The notes below the pieces were generated by a model that worked only from the letters and a program-made list of their open reading frames with translations, ran no database searches and was not told the origin of the DNA. From contig CBIMES010000001.1 of assembly GCA_966243015.1 (NCBI GenBank), positions 143,995-207,994 on the forward strand: a stretch of 64,000 nt of DNA, written 5' to 3'. This DNA is from an uncultured bacterium (GTDB lineage Bacteria > Patescibacteriota > Minisyncoccia > Phycocordibacterales > UBA6065). The first letter of the stretch is position 1. Each line of letters begins with the position of its first letter. This document shows positions 1 to 9,705 of this stretch, one piece after another. A program made the position numbers and the translations under genes.

Positions 1-13
1 ATAGAATTAAAAA

Positions 14-226
14 ATGAATTTTGAAGACTACATAAAAACAGTTGCCCCAAAAATTGGGCCTAAAAATGCCTTTGATTTGGCAAGGGACTCTAGGTTAAAG
101 GCTTTAGAAAAATTGCTTATTGAAAAATGTGGTGTTACCCAGAAGGATATTGACTCCGCCAATGAAAGCCAGTTGAAAGAATTGGCCGAAAATATCATGA
201 AAATGCCGCCCCCTCCTTCAAACTAA
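14..226 (+). CDS. hypothetical protein (AT-rich segment)
   Basis: 70-aa ORF in ~35% GC DNA at the window edge; no recognisable motif. Confidence 0.3.
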   Translation: MNFEDYIKTVAPKIGPKNAFDLARDSRLKALEKLLIEKCGVTQKDIDSANESQLKELAENIMKMPPPPSN

Positions 227-229
227 CTC

Positions 230-787
230 ATGGCAAAGAAAATAGATTATTACGAAGATTTCCTAAAAACCATAGAAATAAGGGAGAGGATAAATCGTGA
301 AAAAAGTACAAAGAAAATAGCTATCTCGGGCATAGTGCTGGTAGCTTATATTTTTCTTGTATTGATTACTCTTAGTCAAACAAGGGCTTTTTCATTTTTA
401 TCATTTGACTCGAAATCAGAAATTGAAAATCTAAAGACTCAAATTAATGTCACTCAAGACAAGATAGATAGCGTACTAAGCGCAATCTCAAGCGGAAAGA
501 ATATTTCATATCAATATCTTGATCAAAGGATTAGCTCTATAGAGGAGAAAAATAGTTATCTATACGAGACGATACTTTCCAATCCAGACACCGCCATCAC
601 TCCAAAAATACTAAGTGAGGAGCAGAAGAACCTTGATGAAAAAATACAAGACCTTAGATCCCAGACCGATAAGACAAACTCAATACTCACAGGTATCTTG
701 ATTACCGTTTTGCTGGCAATGGCTGGCTACATAGTTAAGCAAATATGGACCACCTTTGTGTCCAAAAGGGAGACGATCAAAGAATAA
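230..787 (+). CDS. hypothetical membrane-anchored coiled-coil protein
   Basis: 185 aa with an N-proximal hydrophobic helix (IAISGIVLVAYIFLVLITL), a long heptad-like region and a C-terminal TM helix; AT-rich codon usage unlike the rest of the window. Confidence 0.4.
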   Translation: MAKKIDYYEDFLKTIEIRERINREKSTKKIAISGIVLVAYIFLVLITLSQTRAFSFLSFDSKSEIENLKTQINVTQDKIDSVLSAISSGKNISYQYLDQRISSIEEKNSYLYETILSNPDTAITPKILSEEQKNLDEKIQDLRSQTDKTNSILTGILITVLLAMAGYIVKQIWTTFVSKRETIKE

Positions 788-1008
788 ATGACTCAGAACG
801 GGTCGATTGGATAAGATTCAAAGGGTCGCAGAAGTGTTATTAGGTATAGCGCCGTTTGGCTCTATCCCGAGGACGCCAGCAAAATCGCGCGAGACTAGTT
901 ACAGTATCGCGCTCGTTATCATAATCGGGCCATTAAAACAATCGCCAGAAGCGCGGCTTTTTCCTCGCGCCTACCGTCTCCCTCGGCAATCCCCATGATG
1001 GGCTTGCA

Positions 1009-1026
1009 ATACCCCCTAGGGGGTAT
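1009..1026. promoter_or_regulatory. perfect 18-bp palindrome ATACCCCCTAGGGGGTAT, candidate CsoR operator
   Basis: Lies 13 nt upstream of the csoR start; GC-rich palindromes of the TACCC..GGGTA type are the known CsoR operator class. Confidence 0.5.
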
Positions 1027-1038
1027 ATACTTATTTTC

Positions 1039-1314
1039 ATGAAATACATAGACGATAAGAATAAGGCGAAGATAATTCGGCGTCTCAAGCTGATCGAGGG
1101 TCAGGTGAGGGGTCTCCAGAAGATGATCGAGAATGACGTGTACTGCATAGACGTCATTGCCCAGACGTCGGCCTCGAAGCAGGGGCTGTCTAATGTCGAG
1201 GATCTGCTTCTCGAGAATCATCTGGGTCATTGCGTCGTGAACCAGGTCCAGTCTGGCGAGGTGAAGAGGGCAAAGGACGAGATTATCAAGGTCTATAAGC
1301 TAAAAAGGAAATAA
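1039..1314 (+). CDS. csoR: CsoR/RcnR family metal-sensing transcriptional repressor
   Basis: 91 aa; RLKLIEGQVRGLQKMIENDVYCIDVIAQTSA matches the CsoR (DUF156) core including the metal-ligand Cys and H..C; sits immediately upstream of copA. Confidence 0.8.
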   Translation: MKYIDDKNKAKIIRRLKLIEGQVRGLQKMIENDVYCIDVIAQTSASKQGLSNVEDLLLENHLGHCVVNQVQSGEVKRAKDEIIKVYKLKRK

Positions 1315-1315
1315 A

Positions 1316-1879
1316 ATGAGGGTGTCGATATATTTCGCGCTGGGTCTTGCGGTTATGGGCGCCGTTCTGGGCATCGCCTTTGGGTACTATCTGACTCCGG
1401 AGTACAGGGTTTCCATGTACGACAAGAGCGGCATGAGTCTTGGCGAGGCTGACCGCGCCTTCGACCTTCGCTACGTCAATGCGATGATTGCCCATCATAC
1501 GGGCGCGATGCTTCTCGCGGAACAGCTTGCGAAGAATACCGCTCGCCCAGAGATGAAGGCTCTCGCCCAGAGCATCCTTGCTGATGAGCCGAAGGCAATA
1601 GCCGAGCTGTATTCATGGAAAAAGAGCTGGTACGATGACGCGAAGGTCGTTCGCAAGCCTGTTGTCGCCAACCTTGGTCCCGCCGACGACAAGCTTGACC
1701 TGAGGTTCCTGAACGCCATGATCGCTCACCACGAGGAGGGGATTGAGATGACGAGGGAAACCAGGCGGAAATCGAGCCGGGCGGAGGTGCTGAACAATGC
1801 GGATGCGGTCGAGGCCTTTTTGACGGGCGGCATAGGTAAGCTTCGGGGGATGAGGAGCGATTGGTATAACGTAGAGTAG
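1316..1879 (+). CDS. DUF305 family protein (copper-resistance associated four-helix bundle)
   Basis: N-terminal TM helix then duplicated D-x-R/F-L/V-N-A-M-I-A-H-H motifs (RYVNAMIAHHTGAM and RFLNAMIAHHEEGI), typical of DUF305. Confidence 0.7.
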   Translation: MRVSIYFALGLAVMGAVLGIAFGYYLTPEYRVSMYDKSGMSLGEADRAFDLRYVNAMIAHHTGAMLLAEQLAKNTARPEMKALAQSILADEPKAIAELYSWKKSWYDDAKVVRKPVVANLGPADDKLDLRFLNAMIAHHEEGIEMTRETRRKSSRAEVLNNADAVEAFLTGGIGKLRGMRSDWYNVE

Positions 1880-1885
1880 ACGCAT

Positions 1886-4144
1886 ATGGCCACTCACATT
1901 CTTAAGGTCGGCGGCATGCATTGCGCTAGCTGCGCGTCCGTCATCGAGAAAAGGCTCGGGGCGACCCCTCATGTCAAAGCAGTTTCCGTAAACTACGGCA
2001 CCGAAAGGGCGAAAGTGGAGTATAACGACGGGCTCGTCTCCGTCGCCGACATGAATCGCGTCGTCGGGAAGCTCGGCTACTCCCTTTCGGCAACGGATGA
2101 CTCCGTGGCTGGTTCGCACGACCATGCGGGCGCGGGAGAGGGCGGCGCGGACCATCTCGCGCACAAGACTGAGTTCATCCTGCCTGTCACCGGCGCTGTT
2201 TTCGGTCTCATGATGTGGGACATTTCAGCGAAGGTGTTTCCCGGCGTGCCGAACCTTCCTATTCCCATGTCTCTTTTCAATATCGTGGGCATGGTCCTCG
2301 CGACAGTTGCCCTGTTCTGGGTGGGTAGGCCGTATCTGAACGGTGTCGTAAGATTCATCAGGCATGGGGTCGCCAATATGGACACGCTTATCGGCCTCGG
2401 AACAGTCGCCGCTTATGCGTACAGCATCGCCCTCACCCTCGTCCCGTTTCTTGGAACCTTGCTCAGGGTTCCCGAGTACACATACTTCGATGTCACCATT
2501 GTGGTGATTGGATTTATCACGTTGGGAAAGTATTTGGAGGCCCGATCGAAGAGAAGGACGGGTGATGCTATAGAGAAACTCCTTAATCTGCAGGCGAAGA
2601 CGGCTCTGGTTGTTCGCGATGGCAAGGAGGTGGAAGTCTCGGTGGGTGACGTGAGGCACGGTGACCTGATCATCGTTAAGCCTGGTTCCAAGGTGCCTGT
2701 TGACGGCGTGGTAACCGAAGGCTCGTCCTTCATCGACGAGTCAATGGTGACGGGGGAGCCAATGCCGGTTCAGAAAAAGACCGGAGACACGGTCGTGTCG
2801 GGAACCATGAATACGAGCGGATCATTTGTTTTCAAGGCTACGAAAGTCGGATCGGAGACTCTTTTGGCTCAGATCGTAAAAATGGTAGAGGAGGCGCAAG
2901 GCAGCAAGGCACCGATTCAAGCCTTGGCTGACAAGATATCGAGTGTTTTCGTCCCCATCGTGCTTGTCGTCGCCTTTGTTACCCTCGGAGTGTGGCTTCT
3001 GGTCGGATCGCGGTATCTTGGATTCTCCCAGGCTCTTTCCCTTGGACTGGTCTCATTCGTCGGGATTCTGGTCATCGCGTGTCCGTGCGCCCTCGGCCTC
3101 GCCACGCCGACCGCGATTATCGTTGGCGTCGGAAAGGGCGCTCGAGAGGGCATCCTCGTCAAAGATGCGGCAACCCTTGAGAAACTTCACAAAGTCACTA
3201 CCGTCGTCGTTGATAAGACGGGTACAATAACAAAGGGCAAGCCTTCGCTGGTGGACATTCAGAGCGTCTCTGATTTGGGCGATGCCGACATGGTCTCAAT
3301 CATCGCCTCAATCGAGAGAAAGTCTGAGCATCCCATCGCACACGCTATCGTGGGCTATGCTGAGGGGAAGGGCATCCCGCTCTCGAGCGTGTCTCATTTC
3401 GAGAGCCTGCAGGGTAGGGGGCTTAGGGGTGAGGTCGGGGGCACGGAGTACTTTGTCGGAAACATGCGGCTGATAAGGGAGCTCGGACTCGCCTTTGACG
3501 GTCAGAGGATCGCTGAGCTTGCCTCTCAGGGTAAGACGCCGGTGCTTCTGGCCACGGGCGTAAGGGTCTTGGGTTTCGCGATGGTCGCGGACGAGGTGAG
3601 GCAGGAGTCGAAGGCGGCGATTGCGGGGCTTCACAGGCTGGGCATTAAGACGGTTATGCTTACCGGCGATGATGAGAAGACTGCGAGACACATTGCGTCC
3701 CTTGTCGGTATCGACGACGTCGTAGCCCATGTGCTGCCGCAGGATAAGCTTGAGAAGATTCGCGCGCTTCAGGAGTCTGGGCATGTCGTCGCGATGGCTG
3801 GCGATGGGGTCAACGATGCGCCCGCCCTTGCTCAGGCTGATGTGGGCATCGCCATGGGGACGGGTACCGACGTGGCCATAGAGTCGGCGGGCATCACGCT
3901 TCTTGGGGGCGATATATCGAAACTGGTTAAGGCCGTTAAGCTCTCGAGGGTCACCATGAGGGGCATCAAGCAGAATCTGTTCTGGGCGTTTGTCTATAAC
4001 GTGGTCGGTATCCCGCTGGCGGCAGGGGTCTTTTATCCAATCTTTGGCTGGGTGCTCAATCCCGTCTTTGCCGGGTTCGCCATGGCAATGTCGTCGGTGT
4101 CCGTCGTATCGAATTCGTTGCGTATTAAAGCTAAAAAGATATAG
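1886..4144 (+). CDS. copA: copper-translocating P1B-type ATPase
   Basis: N-terminal HMA domain with GMHCASCA; CPC motif (IACPCALGLATP); DKTGTIT phosphorylation site; GDGVNDAPAL hinge; 752 aa. Confidence 0.9.
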   Translation: MATHILKVGGMHCASCASVIEKRLGATPHVKAVSVNYGTERAKVEYNDGLVSVADMNRVVGKLGYSLSATDDSVAGSHDHAGAGEGGADHLAHKTEFILPVTGAVFGLMMWDISAKVFPGVPNLPIPMSLFNIVGMVLATVALFWVGRPYLNGVVRFIRHGVANMDTLIGLGTVAAYAYSIALTLVPFLGTLLRVPEYTYFDVTIVVIGFITLGKYLEARSKRRTGDAIEKLLNLQAKTALVVRDGKEVEVSVGDVRHGDLIIVKPGSKVPVDGVVTEGSSFIDESMVTGEPMPVQKKTGDTVVSGTMNTSGSFVFKATKVGSETLLAQIVKMVEEAQGSKAPIQALADKISSVFVPIVLVVAFVTLGVWLLVGSRYLGFSQALSLGLVSFVGILVIACPCALGLATPTAIIVGVGKGAREGILVKDAATLEKLHKVTTVVVDKTGTITKGKPSLVDIQSVSDLGDADMVSIIASIERKSEHPIAHAIVGYAEGKGIPLSSVSHFESLQGRGLRGEVGGTEYFVGNMRLIRELGLAFDGQRIAELASQGKTPVLLATGVRVLGFAMVADEVRQESKAAIAGLHRLGIKTVMLTGDDEKTARHIASLVGIDDVVAHVLPQDKLEKIRALQESGHVVAMAGDGVNDAPALAQADVGIAMGTGTDVAIESAGITLLGGDISKLVKAVKLSRVTMRGIKQNLFWAFVYNVVGIPLAAGVFYPIFGWVLNPVFAGFAMAMSSVSVVSNSLRIKAKKI

Positions 4145-4146
4145 GT

Positions 4147-5154
4147 ATGAAGAAACACACTTTTCACGTCTCGGGAACTCACTGCGCGTCATGCAAAATC
4201 CTCATTGAGGACACTTTGAATGAGCAGGATTTCATCGGCAACGCCCGTGTTGATTTGAAGCGGAGGGTCTTGGAGGTTGAGGCGAGCGAGGGTATGGATC
4301 CGAGGCAGCTCGCTGGTTTGATTACAGACAAGATTCGCTCGAACGGCTACGCGGCGCTTCTCGATGCTCCCCAGGGGGAGAAGCGGGAAAATGGCCTTGC
4401 CTGGAAGGCGATTCCCCTCGGCCTCGGCCTGCTTGCCCTGTTCTTCCTGCTTCAGAAATCAGGCGTTCTGAACGTCGGCCTGGGCGGTCAGGTCACTCCG
4501 GTGACCAGCCTCATCATCGGCCTCGTCGCGTCTGTCTCGAGCTGTCTGGCGGTCGTCGGTGGCCTTGTCTTGTCGCTCTCCGCGAACATATCGAAGGATG
4601 GCGTGGGTGACACGAAGGCGTTCCTGCTGTTCCACGGCGCAAGGTTGGCGAGCTTCGCAGTGCTGGGCGGGGTACTCGGTGCCGTCGGTGGCGTCATCGG
4701 CATAAACCTGACGCTCGCGGCATCGCTTGGCATCCTGGCATCCCTGGTGATGATTCTGCTCGGATTGAATCTGGTCGGGGCCTTTGAGAGGGGCGGGCTC
4801 ACCATGCCGTCAGCGGTGTTCAACACGCTCAAGGGCGTCGAACACAAGACGTTTGCGCCCTTGGCGCTGGGCTTTGCGACATTCTTCCTGCCGTGCGGAT
4901 TCACGCAGTCGATGCAGGTGTCGGCGCTGAGCAGCGGCACCTTTATCTCTGGTCTTATGATTATGCTCTCGTTCGCCCTTGGAACGCTACCCGTACTCGC
5001 CCTCCTCTCATTCGGTTCCGCTTCGTTCGCTCGCGGCAGGCACGCTCCTTTGTTTTTCAAGTCAGCGGGAGTGGTGGTGATAGGCCTTGGACTGTTCGCG
5101 CTTCTCTCGGGTCTGGCGGGTGTCGGAATTATTAACCCGATCTTCAATATATAG
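4147..5154 (+). CDS. HMA-domain fused to a 6-8 TM DsbD/CcdA-like (TauE/SafE-type) membrane protein; putative metal carrier/transporter
   Basis: N-terminal HMA fold with GTHCASCK followed by multiple hydrophobic helices and a conserved FLPCGF motif; immediately downstream of copA. Confidence 0.55.
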   Translation: MKKHTFHVSGTHCASCKILIEDTLNEQDFIGNARVDLKRRVLEVEASEGMDPRQLAGLITDKIRSNGYAALLDAPQGEKRENGLAWKAIPLGLGLLALFFLLQKSGVLNVGLGGQVTPVTSLIIGLVASVSSCLAVVGGLVLSLSANISKDGVGDTKAFLLFHGARLASFAVLGGVLGAVGGVIGINLTLAASLGILASLVMILLGLNLVGAFERGGLTMPSAVFNTLKGVEHKTFAPLALGFATFFLPCGFTQSMQVSALSSGTFISGLMIMLSFALGTLPVLALLSFGSASFARGRHAPLFFKSAGVVVIGLGLFALLSGLAGVGIINPIFNI

Positions 5155-5158
5155 TCGC

Positions 5159-5557
5159 ATGAACAGAACTGCCTCAATTATTGTGGCGACCGCCCTTGTC
5201 ATTGGTATGGGCATCGTGTTTTTCGGTCGGTCGGGGAGCGTCCCCGACTCTCGCGACGCCGGTCCCGCCCAGAACGTGGAGGTGAGGGGCGGCGTTCAAT
5301 ACATAACGATTAACGCCCGAGGAGGGTATGCGCCGAAGGTGTCCACTGCTCAGTCTGGTGTCCCGACCAAGCTCGTCGTGAGGACGAACGGGACCTATGA
5401 CTGTTCGGCCTCTCTGGCGATTCGATCAATCGGCTATCAGAAAATTCTTCCCCAGACGGGAGAGGAGGTGATTGACCTCGGAACCCCTCAGGTCGGAGAG
5501 ACCGTGCGAGGCACCTGCGGCATGGGGATGTACGGTTTCAGGCTGGAGTTTATCTGA
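5159..5557 (+). CDS. secreted cupredoxin-like domain protein, putative metal binding
   Basis: ATG at 5159 after the stop of the upstream gene; signal/TM helix then a beta-rich domain ending G-T-C-G-M-G-M-Y-G-F-x-L-E-F, which resembles the C-terminal Cys/Met copper-site region of cupredoxin_1 domains; the listed ORF start at 5087 overlaps the upstream gene. Confidence 0.4.
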   Translation: MNRTASIIVATALVIGMGIVFFGRSGSVPDSRDAGPAQNVEVRGGVQYITINARGGYAPKVSTAQSGVPTKLVVRTNGTYDCSASLAIRSIGYQKILPQTGEEVIDLGTPQVGETVRGTCGMGMYGFRLEFI

Positions 5558-5569
5558 TTCTTTGCCTTT

Positions 5570-6493
5570 ATGTCGTATACTGGAAGTATGCAGAAAATAA
5601 TTTCACATCTTTGGTTCGACACACAGGCAAAGGAGGCCGCGGCGTTCTACGCCTCGGTATTTCCTGATTCGAAAATCACGCATTCGTCAGTGCTCCACGG
5701 CACGCCGTCGGGCGACTGCGACGTGGTGTCGTTCGACGTCATGGGACACTCCTTCATGGCCATCAGCGCCGGCCCGTACTTCAAGATCAATCCGTCTATT
5801 TCTTTCATGGTCAACTTCGACCCGTCGCAGGACCCAGACGCCCCGGCGCACATCGACGAGATTTGGAACAAGCTCATCGACGGCGGCACTGCGCTCATGG
5901 CGTTGGGCGAGTACCCATTCAGCAAGCGATACGGCTGGGTGCAGGACAAGTACGGCGTGTCATGGCAGCTCATTCTCACCAACCCGCAGGGTGAGCCTCG
6001 CCCTCGCGTCATTCCGTCGTTTCTCTTCACGAACGAGGTGAGCGGCAAGGCAAAAGAGGCGAGCGACTTCTACCTTTCCGTGTTCAAGGACGCAAAGCGC
6101 GGCGCGCTTGCGCTGTTCCCGGAGGACACTCCCGTGCAGAAGAAGGGCGACGTCATGTTCTCTGACTTCACCCTCGAGGGCCAGTGGTTCGTCGCCATGG
6201 ACGGCGGCAACGTGCATGACTTCCGATTCAACGAGGCGGTGTCGCTTCTCGTGAACTGCGACACCCAGGAGGAGATGGATTACTACACCAACAAGCTCTC
6301 TGCCGTTCCCGAGACCGAGCAATGCGGATGGCTCAAGGACAAATACGGTGTCTCGTGGCAGATCAACCCGCGCCGCATGGAGGAGATGATGCGCTCCGGC
6401 ACCCCAGAGCAGGTCGAGCGCGTGACCAAGGCGTTCCTGCAGATGAAGAGGTTCGACTTGGCCGCGCTCGAGAGGGCATTCGCGGGGGAATAG
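5570..6493 (+). CDS. tandem VOC/PhnB-like (3-demethylubiquinone-9 3-methyltransferase-type) domain protein
   Basis: Two repeats of the PhnB-like pattern (ISHLWFD...YGVSWQL and IPSFLF...YGVSWQI); 307 aa. Confidence 0.6.
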   Translation: MSYTGSMQKIISHLWFDTQAKEAAAFYASVFPDSKITHSSVLHGTPSGDCDVVSFDVMGHSFMAISAGPYFKINPSISFMVNFDPSQDPDAPAHIDEIWNKLIDGGTALMALGEYPFSKRYGWVQDKYGVSWQLILTNPQGEPRPRVIPSFLFTNEVSGKAKEASDFYLSVFKDAKRGALALFPEDTPVQKKGDVMFSDFTLEGQWFVAMDGGNVHDFRFNEAVSLLVNCDTQEEMDYYTNKLSAVPETEQCGWLKDKYGVSWQINPRRMEEMMRSGTPEQVERVTKAFLQMKRFDLAALERAFAGE

Positions 6494-6602
6494 GGAAGAG
6501 GACCCCAAGGGAAGTAGCCAAGGGATATAACAAAAATATACTCGCTGCGCTCGTTGTTTTTGTAAATAACGCACACATATTCGCACCGCTCATTGTGTGC
6601 GT

Positions 6603-6639
6603 AAAAAAGCCGCGAAGAGATTCGCGGCTTTTCCTTTGA
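6603..6639 (+). terminator. Rho-independent terminator
   Basis: AGCCGCGAA-gaga-TTCGCGGCT followed by TTTCCTTTG. Confidence 0.7.
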
Positions 6640-6790
6640 AAGGTTGTGCCTTCGCCGCGCGTATCATAAAGAGGGCGATGCTCAGGATGGCGGACCGTAT
6701 TCCGATTGTACCGACACGTCGCCCTCGATACGTTTAACTTCACTTTTTCTTTACCGGTTCTTTACAAGTTTTTTATGACACTACAACCAT

Positions 6791-7873
6791 ATGAGACACC
6801 TCACGCTCAGAGACTTCAAGAGGGAGTTCGACGCGCATCTCAGGACCTTCGTCCGTGAAAAGGCGGCTTCGGCGAAGACGCTTGCCCAGAACGAGCGCAT
6901 CGAGCAGAGCGTCGACCATGCCGTCAGCCTTATCATCGGCGGCGGCAAGCGCATCCGTCCGTACCTCGCGTACCTTATGTACGAGACCGCGGGAGGCAAG
7001 GACCCGAAAAGCATCATGCGAGCCCTGGTCGGCCTCGAGCTCTTTCACGTCTTTGCCCTCATCCACGACGACATCATCGACGAGGGCGTCGAGAGACACG
7101 GCATGCCGACCCTTCATGCCTTTTACAGGGATTCCGTCATGCCGAAAGGCAAGAAGTTCGAGCAGGTGTCCATTGGTCAGGCGATTCTCGTCGGTGACCT
7201 CATCTTCAACTGGTCCCGCGAGGCCTTCGAGGCAGGCGTCTGTCCTGCGGTGTCCGGGACGGTCTCGGCCGAGGCCGCCGTCGCCGCGCGGACGCTGTTC
7301 ACCGAGCTTGTCGATGAGGTCATCGTGGGCCAGATGATCGACGTGGACATCATGTCGCGCGACAAGGCGACCGCCACCGAGATCGAGCGCAAGAACGAGC
7401 TCAAGACCGCGCGCTACAGCTTCATACAGCCTATGCGCATCGGCGCCGCGCTCGCGAACAGGGCCGGCGAGTTCGACGAGTACGCGCGGCGCGTGGGCCT
7501 CGCGCTGGGCATGGCCTTCCAGATCCAGGACGACATGCTCGACATCATGGGCGACAGGAGGAAGACCGGGAAGGCGCTTATGAGCGATCTGGAGCAGGGC
7601 CAGCACACCTTCTTTACCCAGTACGTCTTTGACAACGGCTGCGTCGAGCACAGGGCCGCCCTCAAGGGTCTCTTTGGCCGGCCGCTGTCTGACGACGAGC
7701 GGAAGGCGGCGAAAGGACTCTTCGAGGAGTCGGGCGCTCTCACGAACGGAGTCACCCTGGTCAAGGCGTACTGCGACGACGCGACGTACGCGGTGAAGGG
7801 CGCCAAGTTCGGCGTCGCCCACGGCAGGCGCTGGTCTGAGCTCGTCGGTCTTATATCGGCCCGCACCGCCTAG
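6791..7873 (+). CDS. polyprenyl diphosphate synthase (trans-isoprenyl diphosphate synthase family)
   Basis: First and second Asp-rich motifs LIHDDIIDEG and FQIQDDMLD; 360 aa. Confidence 0.8.
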   Translation: MRHLTLRDFKREFDAHLRTFVREKAASAKTLAQNERIEQSVDHAVSLIIGGGKRIRPYLAYLMYETAGGKDPKSIMRALVGLELFHVFALIHDDIIDEGVERHGMPTLHAFYRDSVMPKGKKFEQVSIGQAILVGDLIFNWSREAFEAGVCPAVSGTVSAEAAVAARTLFTELVDEVIVGQMIDVDIMSRDKATATEIERKNELKTARYSFIQPMRIGAALANRAGEFDEYARRVGLALGMAFQIQDDMLDIMGDRRKTGKALMSDLEQGQHTFFTQYVFDNGCVEHRAALKGLFGRPLSDDERKAAKGLFEESGALTNGVTLVKAYCDDATYAVKGAKFGVAHGRRWSELVGLISARTA

Positions 7874-7900
7874 GTCGGGCTCTTTGCTATACTTAATCAT

Positions 7901-8296
7901 ATGAAAAAAATAATAACGCTCTTGCTTCTGGTCGCGGTCGTCGGTCTGGGTATCTTCATGCTGGCGCGCGACCGGCGCTCGGCTGACGAGGGCCCGAACG
8001 ACCTCTCGTCGGAGGTGAGCAACATTATGGTCTCGGGAGAGGTGGTTGAGGTTGACTTGCAACAGGCAATGGTCGACGGTCCGTACCTCCTCGTGGTCAG
8101 GCAGGACGACGGCAACGAGACCGTCATTGCGGTGCCTTCCATGGGCCTTCAACTCTGCGCCGCCAAGGATTCTATAACTCACCCGTCCGAGATTGAGGAG
8201 GGCGACAGGGTTGAGGTGAGGGGAGCGCTCGCCACGGGCGGCAATGTCATACCGTGCGAGTCAGCCGAGCATTATCTGAGGGTGGTAACTGAGTAG
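7901..8296 (+). CDS. hypothetical secreted protein
   Basis: 131 aa; N-terminal signal-like helix MKKIITLLLLVAVVGLGIF. Confidence 0.4.
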   Translation: MKKIITLLLLVAVVGLGIFMLARDRRSADEGPNDLSSEVSNIMVSGEVVEVDLQQAMVDGPYLLVVRQDDGNETVIAVPSMGLQLCAAKDSITHPSEIEEGDRVEVRGALATGGNVIPCESAEHYLRVVTE

Positions 8297-8301
8297 GCGC
8301 C

Positions 8302-8706
8302 ATGAGAACCGCCCTGATTGCCTTCGCCGGAACGCTTCTGCCTCTCTTGGCAATTGACTGTGCCTACCTGTTTGGCGCGGGAGGCTCTTTCTACCAAAGA
8401 CACATCAGCCATCTTCTCGCCCCTTCGCCGAGCTATCTTCCCGCGATTATCTTCTATCTCATCTACGCGGTCGGCATTGTCTTCTTCGTTGTATTGCCCG
8501 CGCTTCGGGGTGAGTATGGCTACACAAGGGTTTTCCTGACGGGCGCGTTCCTAGGCCTTCTCGCTTACGGCGCGTACGACTTTACCAACCAGTCATCCCT
8601 CCGAGACTGGCCGGTCATTGTGACCGTCGTCGATATCGCGTGGGGAATGCTGCTTACGGGCACCGCGGCCGTGGCGGGGTATTGGGCATCGCGTTTGCTG
8701 GTTTAA
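8302..8706 (+). CDS. hypothetical integral membrane protein
   Basis: 134 aa with four predicted hydrophobic helices. Confidence 0.4.
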   Translation: MRTALIAFAGTLLPLLAIDCAYLFGAGGSFYQRHISHLLAPSPSYLPAIIFYLIYAVGIVFFVVLPALRGEYGYTRVFLTGAFLGLLAYGAYDFTNQSSLRDWPVIVTVVDIAWGMLLTGTAAVAGYWASRLLV

Positions 8707-8721
8707 CCTTATTGAAGTCTC

Positions 8722-9276
8722 ATGTCGTCTCAGGTGAAAACTCATCGGGTGCTCTTCGGCGGAGGCTGCTTCTGGTGCACCGAGGCTGTCTTCAAGATGA
8801 TTAGAGGCGTTGTCTCCGTCATGCCCGGGTACGCGGGCGGCTCGACCAAGAATCCGACGTACGAGGAGGTGTCGAGGGGGACCACGGGGCATGCCGAGGT
8901 CACAGAGGTTGTCTATGACCCGTCGGTCGTTCAGTTCGACGATCTGCTCGCCGTCTTCTTTGGCACCCATGACCCGACGACGCTCAATCGCCAGGGCGCC
9001 GACGTGGGTACCCAGTATCGGTCCGTCATCTTCTGCGAGACCGAGGGCCAGCTGTCGGCGGCAAAGACTTTCATTGCGGACATTAATGCCTCGAATGTCC
9101 ATGGCGACCCGGTCGTCACCGAGGTTCTCCCTATGGCGGACTTCTATCCGGCAGAGGAGTATCATCGCGACTACGCGGCCCGCAATCGGCAAAATCCATA
9201 CTGCGAGGTCGTGATTAATCCCAAGCTCCAGAAGGTCCAGGAGCGTTTCGCGGGGCTTCTTAAAAGCATAAGCTAA
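8722..9276 (+). CDS. msrA: peptide methionine sulfoxide reductase A
   Basis: Active-site motif [11 protein letters not shown]; 184 aa. Confidence 0.9.
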   Translation: MSSQVKTHRVLFGGGCFWCTEAVFKMIRGVVSVMPGYAGGSTKNPTYEEVSRGTTGHAEVTEVVYDPSVVQFDDLLAVFFGTHDPTTLNRQGADVGTQYRSVIFCETEGQLSAAKTFIADINASNVHGDPVVTEVLPMADFYPAEEYHRDYAARNRQNPYCEVVINPKLQKVQERFAGLLKSIS

Positions 9277-9280
9277 ATAT

Positions 9281-9697
9281 ATGAACCACACATCGAACGA
9301 AGAGGGCGTCTCTCACGAGGGCGACAGGCCGATTCCCCAGAGCGATGCCGAATGGCGCGAGACACTTACCCCGGAGCAGTATTCGGTAATGAGGGAAAGG
9401 GGTACCGAGGCGCCGTTCTCGGGCAAGCTGGCCGAGTCTGCCGACGGGGTCTATCGCTGCGCGGCCTGCGGCAACGGGCTCTTCTCGGCCGACGCAAAGT
9501 TTGACTCGGGCACGGGCTGGCCAAGCTTTGACCAGGCTATTCCGGGATCAATCAAGGAGACGGTCGACAACAGTCACGGCATGAGCCGCGTCGAGGTGAC
9601 CTGCGCGCGTTGCGGATCGCATCTTGGCCACGTGTTCGATGACGGTCCGACGGACACGGGTATGAGGTATTGTATAAACTCGGTCTGCTTGGGATAA
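9281..9697 (+). CDS. msrB: peptide methionine sulfoxide reductase B
   Basis: Two CxxC pairs (CAACG and CARCG) and GTGWPSF with the catalytic region [10 protein letters not shown]. Confidence 0.9.
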   Translation: MNHTSNEEGVSHEGDRPIPQSDAEWRETLTPEQYSVMRERGTEAPFSGKLAESADGVYRCAACGNGLFSADAKFDSGTGWPSFDQAIPGSIKETVDNSHGMSRVEVTCARCGSHLGHVFDDGPTDTGMRYCINSVCLG

Positions 9698-9705
9698 TTG
9701 ATGTT

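Noticed and set aside
807-998. 63-aa ORF in the 250-nt intergenic region upstream of csoR
   Set aside because: No RBS or motif; the region is more likely promoter/leader DNA carrying the CsoR operator. I looked for an ncRNA fold here and found nothing convincing
3308-4192. 294-aa minus-strand ORF
   Set aside because: Antisense to copA, which has unambiguous P-type ATPase motifs; a high-GC artefact
6671-6726. 8-bp long-range complementarity (GAGGGCGA ... TCGCCCTC) enclosing 40 nt upstream of the polyprenyl synthase
   Set aside because: Single short stem with no U-tract and no resemblance to a known riboswitch or leader; it could be chance in GC-rich DNA
6773-8182. 469-aa minus-strand ORF
   Set aside because: It is antisense to the polyprenyl synthase and the following genes. 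Its composition (R/A/L/V/H/D-rich, no motifs) is typical of a spurious antisense ORF in high-GC DNA, whereas the sense genes have clear motifs
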